A stretch of 64,000 nucleotides of DNA from Eledone cirrhosa. Lineage: Eukaryota. How positions within the stretch are numbered: position 1 is the stretch's first letter; the number at the start of each line of letters is the position of its first letter. Of the stretch, positions 45,110 through 59,739 are shown in pieces. The notes under the pieces were generated by a model. The model was not told the origin of the DNA. It was given only the letters and a program-made list of their open reading frames with translations, and did not search any database. The stretch is from assembly GCA_964016885.1 (NCBI GenBank), contig OZ024743.1, forward strand, positions 142,228,001 to 142,292,000. The letters run 5' to 3'. The position numbers and the translations under genes are program-made.

Positions 45110-48100
45110 CCAAGCACCAAGCACCAATCACCAAATACCAACAACCAAGCCCCAAACACCAAGCACCAAGCACCAAGCACCAGGCACCAAGCACCAAGCA
45201 CCAAACACAAAACACCAAGCACCAAGCACCAAGCAGCAAACACCAAGCATCAAACACCAAACACCAAACACCAAGCACCAAACACCAAGCACCAAGCACC
45301 AAACACCAAACACCAAGCACCAAGCACCAAGCACCAAACACCAAACACCAAGCACCAAACATCAGATACCAAGCACCAAGCACCAAACACCAAACACCAA
45401 GCATCAAGCACCAAACACCAAACAACAAGCACCAGGCACCAAGCACCAAACACCAAACACCAAGCACCAAGCACCAAACACCAAACACCAAGCATGCAGC
45501 ATCAAACACCAAGCACCAAGCACCAAGCACCAAACACCAAGCACCAAGCACCAAACACCAACCACCAAACACAAAGCACCAAGCACCAAACACCAAGAAC
45601 CAAGCACCAAACACCAAGCACCAAGCACAAACACCAAACCACAAGCACCAAACACCAAACCCCAAGCACCAAGCACCAAACACTAATCACCAAGCACCAA
45701 GCACCAAACAACAAGCACCAAGCACCAAGCACCAGGCACCAAGCACCAAGCACCAAACACTAATCACCAAGCACCAAGCACCAAGCACCAAGCACCAAAC
45801 ACCAAGCAGCAAGCAGCAAGCACCAAACACCAAACACCAAGCACCAAGCACCAAACACCAAGCACCAAGGACCAAACATCAAACACCAAGCACCAAGCAC
45901 CAAACACCTAACACCAAGCACCAAGCACCAAGCACCAAGCACCGAACACCAAGCACATAACACCAAGCACCAAACACCAAGAAACAAGCACCAAACACGA
46001 AGCACCAGGCACCAAGCACCAAACACCAAGCACCATGCACCAAGCACCAAGTCCCAAACACTTAACACCAAGCACCAAGAACCAAACACCAATCACCAAA
46101 AACCAAACACCAAGCACCAAGTACCAAACACCAAGCACCAAGCACCAAACAACAAGCACCAAGCACCAATCACCAAACATCAAGAACCAAGCACCAAACA
46201 CCAAGCACCAAGCACCAAGCACCAGGCACCAAGCACCAAGCACCAAACACAAAACACCAAGCACCAAGCACCAAGCAGCAAACACCAAGCATCAAACACC
46301 AAACACCAAACACCAAGCACCAAACACCAAGCACCAAGCACCAAACACGAAACACCAAGCACCAAGCACCAAGCACCAAACACCAAACACCAAGCACCAA
46401 ACACCAGATACCAAGCACCAAGCACCAAACACCAAACACCAAGCACCAAGCACCAAACACCAAACAACAAGCACCAGGCACCAAGCACCAAACACCAAAC
46501 ACCAAGCACCAAGCACCAAACACCAAACACCAAGCACGCAGCATCAAACACCAAGCACCAAGCACCAAGCACCAAACACCAAGCACCAAGCACTAAACAC
46601 CAATCACCAAACACAAAGCACCAAGCACCAAACACCAAGCACCAAGCACCAAACACCATGCACCAAGCACCAAACACCAAACCACAAGCACCAAACACCA
46701 AACACCAAACCCCAAGCACCAAGCACCAAACACTAATAACCAAGCACCAAGCACCAAACAACAAGCACCAAGCACCAAGCACCAGGCACCAAGCACCAAG
46801 CACCAAACACTAATCACCAAGCACCAAGCACCAAGCACCAAACACCAAGCACCAAGCACCAAGCACCAAACACCAAGCACCAAGCACCAAACACCAAACA
46901 CCAAGATCCAAAGACCGAGCACCAAGCACCAAGCACCAAGCACCAAACAATAAGCACCAAGCACCAAACACCAAGCACCAAGCACCAAACACCAACCACC
47001 CAGCACCAAGCACCAAGCACCAAACACCAAGCACCAAACACCAAACACCAAGCACCAAGCACCAAGCACGAAGCACCAAACACCAAGCACCAAGCACTAA
47101 GCACCAAACACCAAGCCCCAAGCACCAAGCACCAAACACCAAACACCAAGCACCAAGCACCAAACACCAAGCACCAAGCACCAAGCACCTAGCACCAAAC
47201 ACCAAGCAGCAAGCAGCAAGCACCAAAGACCAAACACCAAGCACCAAGCACCAAACACCAAGCACCAAGGACCAAACATCAAACACCAAGCACCAAGCAC
47301 CAAAAACCTAACACCAAGCACCAAGCACCAAGCACCAAGCACCGAACACCAAGCACCAAACACCAAGCACCAAACACCAAGCACCAAGCACCAAACACCA
47401 AGCACCAAACAACAAGCACCAAGCACCAAACACCAAGCACCAAGCACCAATCACCAAATACCAACAACCAAGCCCCAAACACCAAGCACCAAGCACCAAG
47501 CACCAGGCACCAAGCACCAAGCACCAAACACAAAACACCAAGCACCAAGCACCAAGCAGCAAACACCAAGCATCAAACACCAAACACCAAACACCAAGCA
47601 CCAAACACCAAGCACCAAGCACCAAACACCAAACACCAAGCACCAAGCACCAAGCACCAAACACCAAACACCAAGCACCAAACATCAGATACCAAGCACC
47701 AAGCACCAAACACTAAACACCAAGCATCAAGCACCAAACACCAAACAACAAGCACCAGGCACCAAGCACCAAACACCAAACACCAAGCACCAAGCACCAA
47801 ACACCAAACACCAAGCATGCAGCATCAAACACCAAGCACCAAGCACCAAGCACCAAACACCAAGCACCAAGCACCAAACACCAACCACCAAACACAAAGC
47901 ACCAAGCACCAAACACCAAGAACCAAGCACCAAACACCAAGCACCAAGCACAAACACCAAACCACAAGCACCAAACACCAAACCCCAAGCACCAAGCACC
48001 AAACACTAATCACCAAGCACCAAGCACCAAACAACAAGCACCAAGCACCAAGCACCAGGCACCAAGCACCAAGCACCAAACACTAATCACCAAGCACCAA

Positions 48101-48610
48101 GCACCAAGCACCAAGCACCAAACACCAAGCAGCAAGCAGCAAGCACCAAACACCAAACACCAATCACCAAGCACCAAACACCAAGCACCAAGGACCAAAC
48201 ATCAAACACCAAGCACCAAGCACCAAACACCTAACACCAAGCACCAAGCACCAAGCACCAAGCACCGAACACCAAGCGCATAACACCAAGCACCAAACAC
48301 CAAGAAACAAGCACCAAACACGAAGCACCAGGCACCAAGCACCAAACACCAAGCACCATGCACCAAGCACCAAGCCCCAAACACTTAACACCAAGCACCA
48401 AGCACCAAACACCAATCACCAAAAACCAAACACCAAGCACCAAGTACCAAACACCAAGCACCAAGCACCAAACAACAAGCACCAAGCACCAATCACCAAA
48501 CACCAAGAACCAAGCACCAAACACCAAGCAGCAAGCACCAAGCACCAGGCACCAAGCACCAAGCACCAAACACAAAACACCAAGCACCAAGCACCAAGCA
48601 GCAAACACCA
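45110..48610 (+). repeat. Partial duplication at 2323 bp offset (~45.1-46.3 kb repeated at ~47.4-48.6 kb)
   Basis: The rare marker TACCAAC-AACCAAG-CCCCAAA is at 45136 and 47459. ORF pairs 45494/47817 and 46035/48358 share the same offset. Confidence 0.85.
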
Positions 48611-48945
48611 AGCACCAAGCACCAAACACGAAACACCAAGCACCAAGCACCAAGCACCAAACACCAAACACCAAACACCAAACACCAGATACCAAGCACC
48701 AAGCACCAAACACCAAACACCAAGCACCAAGCACCAAACACCAAACAACAAGCACCAGGCACCAAGCACCAAACACCAAGCACCAAGCACCAAACACGAA
48801 ACACCAAGCACCAAGCACCAAGCACCAAACACCAAACACCAAACACCAAACACCAGATACCAAGCACCAAGCACCAAACACCAAACACCAAGCACCAAGC
48901 ACCAAACACCAAACAACAAGCACCAGGCACCAAGCACCAAACACC
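48606..48945 (+). repeat. Local tandem duplication, 168 bp (24 heptamers)
   Basis: CACGAAA is at 48627 and 48795. Each is followed by the same CACCAGA-TACCAAG and CAACAAG-CACCAGG variants. Confidence 0.85.
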
Positions 48946-51900
48946 AAACACCAAGCACCAAGCACCAAACACCAAACACCAAGCACGCAGCATCAAACAC
49001 CAAGCACCAAGCACCAAGCACCAAACACCAAGCACCAAGCACTAAACACCAATCACCAAACACAAAGCACCAAGCACCAAACACCAAGCACCCAGCACCA
49101 AACACCAAGCACCAAGCACCAAACACCAAACCACAAGCACCAAGCACCAAACACTAATCACCAAGCACCAAGCACCAAACAACAAGCACCAAGCACCAAG
49201 CACCAGGCACCAAGCACCAAGCACCAAACACTAATCACCAAGCACCAAGCACCAAGCACCAAACACCAAGCACCAAGCACCAAGCACCAAACACCAAGCA
49301 CCAAGCACCAAACACCAAACACCAAGATCCAAAGACCGAGCACCAAGCACCAAACACCAAGCACCAAGCACCAAACACCAAGCACCAAGCACCAAACACC
49401 AAACCACAAGCACCAAACACCAAACCCCAAGCACCAAGCACCAAACACTAATCACCAAGCACCAAGCACCAAACAACAAGCACCAAGCACCAAGCACCAG
49501 GCACCAAGCACCAAGCACCAAACACTAATCACCAAGCACCAAGCACCAAGCACCAAACACCAAGCACCAAGCACCAAGCACAAAATACCAAGCACCAAGC
49601 ACCAAACACCAAACACCAAGCACCAAAGACCAAGCACGAAGCACCAAGCACCAAGCACCAAACAATAAGCACCAAGCACCAAGCACCAAACACCAAGCAC
49701 CAAGCACCAAACACCAAGCACCAAGCACCAAACAATAAGCACCAAGCACCAAACACCAAGCACCAAGCACCAAACACCAACCACCCAGCACCAAGCACCA
49801 AGCACCAAACACCAAGCACCAAACACCAAACACCAAGCACCAAGCACCAAGCACGAAGCACGAAACACCAAGCACCAAGCACTAAGCACCAAACACCAAG
49901 CCCCAAGCACCAAGCACCAAACACCAAACACCAAGCACCAAGCACCAAACACCAAGCACCAAGTACCAAGCACCTAGCACCAAACACCAAGCAGCAAGCA
50001 GCAAGCACCAAACACCAAACACCAAGCACCAAGCACCAAACACCAAGCACCAAGGACCAAACATCAAACACCAAGCACCAAGCACCAAAAACCTAACACC
50101 AAGCACCAAGCACCAAGCACCAAGCACCGAACACCAAGCACCAAACACCAAGCACCAAACACCAAGCACCAAGCACCAAACACCAAGCACCAAACAACAA
50201 GCACCAAGCACCAAGCACCAAACACCAAGCACCAGGCACCAAGCACCAAACACCAAGCACCATGCACCAAGCACCAAGCCCCAAACACTTAACACCAAGC
50301 ACCAAGCACGAAACACCAAGCACCAAAAACCAAACACCAAGCACCAACTACTAAACACCAAGCACCAAGCACCAAACACCAAGCACCAAGCACCAATCAC
50401 CAAGCACCAAGGACCAAGCAACAGGCACCAAGCACCAAGCACCAAACACAAAACACCAAGCACCAAGCACCAAGCAGCAAACACCAAGCATCAAACACCA
50501 AACACCAAACACCAAGCACCAAACACCAAGCACCAACCACCAAACACCAAATCCCAAGCACCAAGCACCAAGCACCAAACACCAAACACCAAGCACCAAA
50601 CACCAAACACCAAGCACCAAGCACCAAACACCAAACAACAAGCACCAGGCACCAAGCACCAAACACCAAACACCAAGCAAACAGCATCAAAGACCAAGCA
50701 CCAAGCACCAAACACCAAACACCAAGCACCAAACACCAGCCCCCAAGCACCAATCACCAAACACCAAACACCAAGCACTTAGCACCAAACACCAAACAAC
50801 AAGCAGCAGGCACCAAGCACCAAGCACCAAGCACCAAACACCAAGCACCAAGCAGCAAGCACCAAACACCAAGCACCAAGCACCAAGCACCAAGCACCAA
50901 GCACCAAACACCAAGCACCAAGCACCAAACAGCAAGCACCAAACACCAAGCACCAAACACCAAGCACCAAACACCAAACACATAGCACCAAGCACCAAAC
51001 ACCAAACACCAAGCACCAAGCACCAAACACCAAGCACCAAGCACCAAGCCCCTAGCACCAAACACCAAACACCAAGCAAAAAGCACAAAACACCAAGCAC
51101 CAATCACCAAACACCAAACACCAAGCAGCAAGCAGCAAGCACCAAACACCAAACACCAAGCACCAAGCACCAAATACCAAACACCAAGCACCAAGGACCA
51201 AACATCAAACACCAAGCACCAAGCACCAAACGCCTAACACCAAGCACCAAGCACCAAGCACCAAGCACCAAACACCAAGCCACAAGCACCAAACACCAAA
51301 CACCAAACCCCAAGCACCAAGCACCAAACACTAATCACCAAGTACCAAGCACCAAACAACAAGCACCAAGCACCAAGCACCAGGCACCAAGCACCAAGCA
51401 CCAAACACTAATCACCAAGCACCAAGCACCAAGCACCAAACACCAAGCACCAAGCACCAAGCACCAAACACCAAGCACCAAGCACCAAACACCAAACACC
51501 AAGATCCAAAGACCGAGCACCAAGCACCAAGCACCAAGCACCAAATAATAAGCACCAAGCACCAAACACCAAGCACCAAGCACCAAACACCAACCACCCA
51601 GCACCAAGCACCAAGCACCAAACACCAAGCACCAAACACCAAACACCAAGCACCAAGCACCAAGCACGAAGCACCAAACAGCAAGCACCAAGCACTAAGC
51701 ACCAAACACCAAGCCCCAAGCACCAAGCACCAAACACCAAACACCAAGCACCAAGCACCAAACACCAAGCACCAAGCACCAAGCACCTAGCACCAAACAC
51801 CAAGCAGCAAGCACCAAACACCAAGCACCAAGGACCAAACATCAAACACCAAGCACCAAGCACCAAACACCTAACACCAAGCACCAAGCACCAAGCACCA

Positions 51901-54900
51901 AGCACCGAACACCAAGCACCAAACACCAAGCACCAAACACCAAGCACCAAGCACCAAACACCAAGCACCAAACAACAAGCACCAAGCACCAAGCACCAAA
52001 CACCAAGCACCATGCACCAAGCACCAAGCCCCAAACACTTAACACCAAGCACCAAGCACGAAACACCAAGCACCAAAAACCAAACACCAAGCACCAACTA
52101 CTAAACACCAAGCACCAAGCACCAAACACCAAGCACCAAGCACCAATCACCAAACACCAAGAACCAAGCACCAAACACCAAGCACCAAGGACCAAGCAAC
52201 AGGCACCAAGCACCAAGCACCAAACACAAAACACCAAGCACCAAGCACCAAGCACCAACCACCAAACACCAAACCCCAAGCACCAACACCAAGCACCAAA
52301 CACCAAACACCAAGCACCAAACACCAAACACCAAGCACCAAGCACCAAACACCAAACAACAAGCACCAGGCACCAAGCACCAAACACCAAACACCAAGCA
52401 AACAGCATCAAAGACCAAGCACCAAGCACCAAACACCAAACACCAAGCACCAAACACCAGCCCCCAAGCACCAATCACCAAACACCAAACACCAAGCACT
52501 AAGCACCAAACACCAAACAACAAGCAGCAGGCACAAAGCACCAAGCACCAAGCACCAAACACCAAGCACCAAGCAGCAAGCACCAAACACCAAGCACCAA
52601 GCACCAAGCACCAAGCACCAAGCACCAAACAGCAAGCACCAAGCACCAAACAGCAAGCACCAAACACCAAGCACCAAACACCAAGCACCAAACACCAAAT
52701 ACATAGCACCAAGCACCAAACACCAAACACCAAGCACCAAGCACCAAACACCAAGCACCAAGCACCAAGCCCCTAGCACCAAACACAAAACACCAAGCAA
52801 AAAGCACAAAACACCAAGCACCAATCACCAAACACCAAACACCAAGCAGCAAGCAGCAAGCACCAAACACCAAACACCAAGCACCAAGCACCAAATACCA
52901 AACACCAAGCACCAAGGACCAAACATCAAACACCAAGCACCAAGCACCAAACGCCAAACACCAAGCACCAAGTACCAAGCACCAAGCACCAAACACCAAG
53001 CACCAATCACCAAACACCAAGCACCAGGCACCAAGCACCAAAAACCAAGCACCAAGCACCAAACACCAAGCACCAAACACAAAGCACCAAGCACCAAACA
53101 CCAAACCCCAAGCACCAAACACCAAACCTCAAGCACCAAGCACCAAACACTAATCACCAAGCACCAAGCACCAAACAACAAGCACAAAGCACAAAGCACC
53201 AGGCACCAAGCACCAAGCACCAAACACTAATCACCAAGCACCAAGCACCAAGCACCACACAATAAGCACCAAGCACCAAACACCAAGCACCAAGCACCAA
53301 ACACCAACCACCCAGCACCAAGCACCAAACACCAAGCACCAAACAACAAACACCAAACACCAACCACCAAGCACTAAGCACCAAACACCAAGCACCAAGC
53401 ACTAAGCACCAAACACCAAGCCCCAAGCACCAAGCACCAAATACCAAACACCAAGTACCAAGCACCAAACACCAAGCACCAAGCACCATGCACCTAGCAC
53501 CAAACCCCAAACACCAAGCACCAAGCACCAAACACCAAGCACCAATCACCAAGCACCAAACACCAAGCAGCAAGCAGCAAGCACCTAACACCAAACACCA
53601 AGAACCAAGCACCAAGCACCAAGCACCAAACACCAAGCACATTACACAAAGCACCAAACACCAAGCACCAAGTACCAAACACCAAGCACCAAACACCAAG
53701 CACCAAGAACCAAGCAGCAAACTCCAAGCACCAGGCACCAAGCACCAAACACCAAGCACCATGCACCAAGCACCAAGCCCCAAACACTTAAAACCAAGCA
53801 CCAAGCACCAAGTACCAAACACCAAGCACCAAGCACCAAACACCAAGCACCAAGCACCAATCACCAAACACCAAGAACCAAGCACCAAACACCAAGCACC
53901 AAGCACCAAGCACCAGGCACCAAGCACCAAGCACCAAACACAAAACACCAAGCACCAAGCACCAAGCAGCAAACACCAAGCATCAAACACCAAACACCAA
54001 ACACCAAGCACCAAACACCAAGCACCAAGCACCAAACACCAAACACCAAGCACCAAGCACCAAGCACCAAACACCAAACACCAAGCACCAAACATCAGAT
54101 ACCAAGCACCAAGCACCAAACACCAAACACCAAGCATCAAGCACCAAACACCAAACAACAAGCACCAGGCACCAAGCACCAAACACCAAACACCAAGCAC
54201 CAAGCACCAAACACCAAACACCAAGCATGCAGCATCAAACACCAAGCACCAAGCACCAAGCACCAAACACCAAGCACCAAGCACCAAACACCAACCACCA
54301 GACACAAAGCACCAAGCACGAAACACCAAGTACCAAGCACCAAACACCAAACACCAAGCACCAAACACCAAACCACAAGCACCAAACACCAAAGCCCAAG
54401 CACCAAGCACCAAACACTAATCACCAAGCACCAAGCACCAAACAACAAGCACCAAGCACCAAGCACCAGGCACCAAGCACCAAGCACCAAACACTAATCA
54501 CCAAGCACCAAGCACCAAGCACCAAACACAAAGCACCAAGCACCAAGCACCAAACACCAAGCACCAAGCACCAAACACCAAACACCAAGATCCAAAGACC
54601 AAGCACCAAGCACCAAGCACGAAGCACCAAGCACCAAACAATAAGCACCAAGCACCAAACACCAAGCACCAAGCACCAAACACCAACCACCCAGCACCAA
54701 GCACCAAGCACCAAACACCAAGCACCAAACACCAAACACCAAGCACCAAGCACCAAGCGCCAAGCACCAAACACCAAGCACCAGGCACTAAGCACCAAAC
54801 ACCAAGCCCCAAGCAGCAAGCACCAAACACCAAACACCAAGCACCAAGCACCAAGCACCAAGCACCAAGCACCAAGCACCTAGCACCAAACACCAAACAC

Positions 54901-57900
54901 CAAGCACCAAGCACCAAACACCAAGCACCAATCACCAAGCACCAAACACCAAGCAGCAAGCAGCAAGCACCAAACACCAAACACCAAGCTCCAAGCACCA
55001 AACACCAAGCACCAAGGACCAAACATCAAACACCAAGCACCAAGCACCAAACACCTAACACCAAGCACCAAGCACCAAGCACCGAACACCAAGCACCAAA
55101 CACCAAGCACCAAACACCAAGCACCAAGCACCAAACACCAAGCTCCAAACACCAAGCACCAAGCACCAAACACCAAGCACCAGGCACCAAGCACCAAACA
55201 CCAAGCACCATGCACCAAGCACCAATCCCCAAACACTTAACACCAAGCACCAAGCACCAAACACCAAGCACCAAAAACCAAACACCAAGCACCAACTACT
55301 AAACACCAAGCACCAAGCACCAAACACAAGCACCAAGCACCAATCACCAAACACCAAGAACCAAGCACCAAACACCAAGCACCAAGGACCAAGCACCAGG
55401 CACCAAGCACCAATCACCAAACACAAAACACCAAGCACCAAGCACCAAGCAGCAAACACCAAGCATCAAACACCAAACACCAAACACCAAGCACCAAACA
55501 CCAAGCACCAAGCACCAAACACCAAACACCAAGCACCAAGCACCAAGAACCAAACACCAAACACCAAGCACCAAGCACCAAGCACCAAACACCAAGTACC
55601 AAGCACCAAGCACCAAGCACCAAACACCAAACACCAAGCACCAAACACCAGCCACCAAGCACCAAGTACCAAACACCAAACACCAAGCACCAAGCACCAA
55701 ACACCAAACAACAAGCACCAGGCACCAAGCACCAAACACCAATCACCAAGCACGCATCACCAAGCACCAAGCACCAAGCACCAAGCATCAAACACCAAGC
55801 ACCAAGCACCAAGCACCAAACACCAAACACCAAACACCAAGCACCAAGAACCAAACACCAAACACCAAGCACCAAGCACCAAACACCAAGCACCAAACAC
55901 CAAACCCCAAGCACCAATCACCAAACACTAATCACCAAGCACCAAGCACCAAACACCGAGCACCAAGCAGCAAGCACCAAACACCAAGCACCGAGCAACA
56001 AGCACCAAGCACCAAGCACCAAACACCAAGCACCAAGCACCAAACACCAAACCCCAAGCACCAAAGACCAAGCACCAAGCACCAAGGACCAAACACCAAG
56101 CACCAAGCACCAAGCACCAAACACCAAGCACCAAGCACCAAACACCCAGCACCAAGCACCAAGCACCAAACACCAAACACCAAGCACCAAGCACCAAGTA
56201 CCAAACACCAACCACCAAGCACCAAACACCAAACACCAAGCACCAAGCACAAAGCACGAAACACCAGGCACCAAGCACCAAGAACCAAACACCAAACACC
56301 AAGCACCAAACACCAGCCACCAAGCACCAAGCACCAAACACCAAACACCAAGCACTAAGCACCAAACACGAAACAGCAAGCACCAGGCACCAAACAACAA
56401 GCACCAAACACCAAACACCAAGCACTAAGCACCAAACAACAAGCACCAGGCACCAAGCAGCAAGCACCAAACACCAAGCACCAAGCACCAAGCACCAAGC
56501 ACCAAACACCAAACACCAAGCACGCAGCACCAAACACCAAGCACCAAGCACCAAGCACCAAACACCAAGCACCAAGCACCAAGCACCAAACACCAAACAC
56601 CAAACACCAAGCACCAAGAACCAAACACCAAACACCAAACAGCAAGCACCAAGCACCAAACACCAAGCACCAATCACCAAACACTAATCACCAAGCACCA
56701 AGCACCAAACACCAAGCACCAAGCAGCAAGCACCAAACACCAAGCACCAAGCACCAAGCACCAAGCACCAAACACCAAGCACCAAGCACCAAACACCAAA
56801 CCCCAAGCACCAAAGACCAAGCACCAAGCACCAAGCACCAAATACCAAGCACCAAACACCAAGTCCCACGCACCAAGCACCAAATACCAAACACCAAGCA
56901 CCAAGCACCAAATACCAAGCACAAAGCTCCAAGCCCCTAGCACCAAACACCAAACACCAAGCAAAAAGCACAAAACACCAAGCACCAATCACCAAGCACC
57001 AAGCACCAAGCAGCAAGCACCAAACACGAACGACCAAGCACCAAGCCCCAAATACCAAACACCAAGCACCAAGGACCAAACATCAAACACCAAGCACCAA
57101 GCACCAAACGCCTAACACCAAGCACCAAGCACCAAGCACCAAGCACCAAACACCAAGCACCAAGCACCAATCACCAAACACCAAGAACCAAGCACCAAAC
57201 ACCAAGCACCAAGCACCAAGCACCTGGCACCAAGCACCAAGCACCAAACACAAAACACCAAGCACCAAGCACCAAGCAGCAAACACCAAGCATCAAACAC
57301 CAAACACCAAACACCAAGCACCAAGCACCAAACACCAAACACCAAGCACCAAGCACCAAGCACCAAACACCAAACACCAAGCACCAAACATCAGATAAAA
57401 AGCACCAAGCACCAAACACCAAACACCAAGCATCAAGCACCAAACACCAAACAACAAGCACCAGGCACCAAGCACCAAACACCAAACACCAAGCACCAAG
57501 CACCAAACACCAAACACCAAGCATGCAGCATCAAACACCAAGCACCAAGCACCAAGCACCAAACACCAACCACCAAACACAAAGCACCAAGCACCAAACA
57601 CCAAGTACCAAGCACCAAACACCAAACACCAAGCACCAAACACCAAACCACAAGCACCAAACACCAAACACTAATCACCAAGCACCAAGCACCAAACAAC
57701 AAGCACCAAGCACCAAGCACCAGGCACCAAGCACCAAGCACCAAACACTAATCACCAAGCACCAAGCACCAAGCACCAAACACAAAGCACCAAGCACCAA
57801 GCACCAAACACCAAGCACCAAGCACCAAGCACCAAACAATAAGCACCAAGCACCAAACACCAAGCACCAAGCACCAAACACCAACCACCCAGCACCAAGC

Positions 57901-59739
57901 ACCAAGCACCAAACACCAAGCACCAAACACCAAACATCAAGCACCAAGCACCAAGCGCCAAGCACCAAACACCAAGCACCAAGCACTAAGCACCAAACAC
58001 CAAGCCCCAAGCAGCAAGCACCAAACACCAAACACCAAGCACCAAGCACCAAGCACCAAGCACCAAGCACCAAGCACCTAGCACCAAACACCAAACACCA
58101 AGCACCAAGCACCAAACACCAAGCACCAATCACCAAGCACCAAACACCAAGCAGCAAGCAGCAAGCACCAAACACCAAACACCAAGCACCAAGCACCAAA
58201 CACCAAGCACCAAGGACCAAACATCAAACACCAAGCACCAAGCACCAAACACCTAACACCAAGCACCAAGCACCAAGCACCAAGCACCAAACACCAAGCA
58301 CCAAACACAAAGCACCAAACACTAATCACCAAGCACCAAGCACCAAACACCAAGCACGCAGCACCAAACACCAAGCACCAAGCACCAGGCACCAAGCACC
58401 AAACACCAAGCACCATGCACCAAGCACCAATCCCCAAACACTTAACACCAAGCACCAAGCACCAAACACCAAGCACCAAAAACCAAACACCAAGCACCAA
58501 CTACTAAACACCAAGCACCAAGCACCAAACACAAGCACCAAGCACCAATCACCAAACACCAAGAACCAAGCACCAAACACCAAGCACCAAGGACCAAGCA
58601 CCAGGCACCAAGCACCAATCACCAAACACAAAACACCAAGCACCAAGCACCAAGCAGCAAACACCTAGCATCAAACACCAAACACCAGACACCAAGCACC
58701 AAACACCAAGCACCAAGCACCAAACACCAAGTACCAAGCACCAAGCACCAAGCACCAAACACCAAACACCAAGCACCAAACACCAGCCACCAAGCACCAA
58801 GCACCAAACACCAAACACCAAGCACCAAGCACCAAACACCAAACAACAAGCACCAGGCACCAAGCACCAAACACCAAACACCAATCACGCATCACCAAGC
58901 ACCAAGCACCAAGCACCAAGCACCAAGCACCAAACACCAAGCACCAAGCACCAAGCACCAAACACCAAACACCAAACACCAAGCACCAAGAACCAAACAC
59001 CAAACACCAAGCACCAAGCACCAAACACCAAGCACCAAACACCAAACCCCAAGCACCAATCACCAAACACTAATCACCAAGCACCAAGCACCAAACACCG
59101 AGCACCAAGCAGCAAGCACCAAACACCAAGCACCAAGCACCAAGCACCAAGCACCAAACACCAAGCACCAAGCACCAAACACCAAACCCCAAGCACCAAA
59201 GACCAAGCACCAAGCACCAAGGACCAAACACCAAGCACCAAGCACCAAACACCAAGTACCAAGCACCAAACACCCAGCACCAAGCACCAAGCACCAAACA
59301 CCAAACACCAAGCACGCAGCATCAAACACCAAGCACCAAGCACCAAGCACCAAACACCAAGCACCAAGCACCAAGCACCAAGTACCAAACACCAACCACC
59401 AAGCACCAAACACCAAACACCAAGCACCAAGCACCAAGCACGAAACACCAGGCACCAAGAACCAAGCACCAAACACCAAACACCAAGCACCAAACACCAG
59501 CCACCAAGCACCAAGCACCAAACACCAAACACCAAGCACTAAGCACCAAACACCAAACAGCAAGCACCAGGCACCAAACAACAAGCACCAAACACCAAAC
59601 ACCAAGCACTAAGCAGCAAACAACAAGCACCAGGCACCAAGCAGCAAGCACCAAACAGCAAGCACCAAGCACCAAGCACCAAGCACCAAACACCAAACAC
59701 CAAGCACGCAGCACCAAACACCAAGCACCAAGCACCAAG

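Noticed and set aside
2145-58668. Plus-strand ORFs encoding (TKHQAPS/TKHQTPN)n mucin- or CTD-like heptad proteins (e.g. 48358..49668)
   Set aside because: The starts come only from the CACCATG and CATGCAG variants and the stops from variants such as CACTAAT and CACCTAG. The heptad is the automatic result of translating a 7-bp repeat and is unrelated to the RNA polymerase II YSPTSPS repeat.
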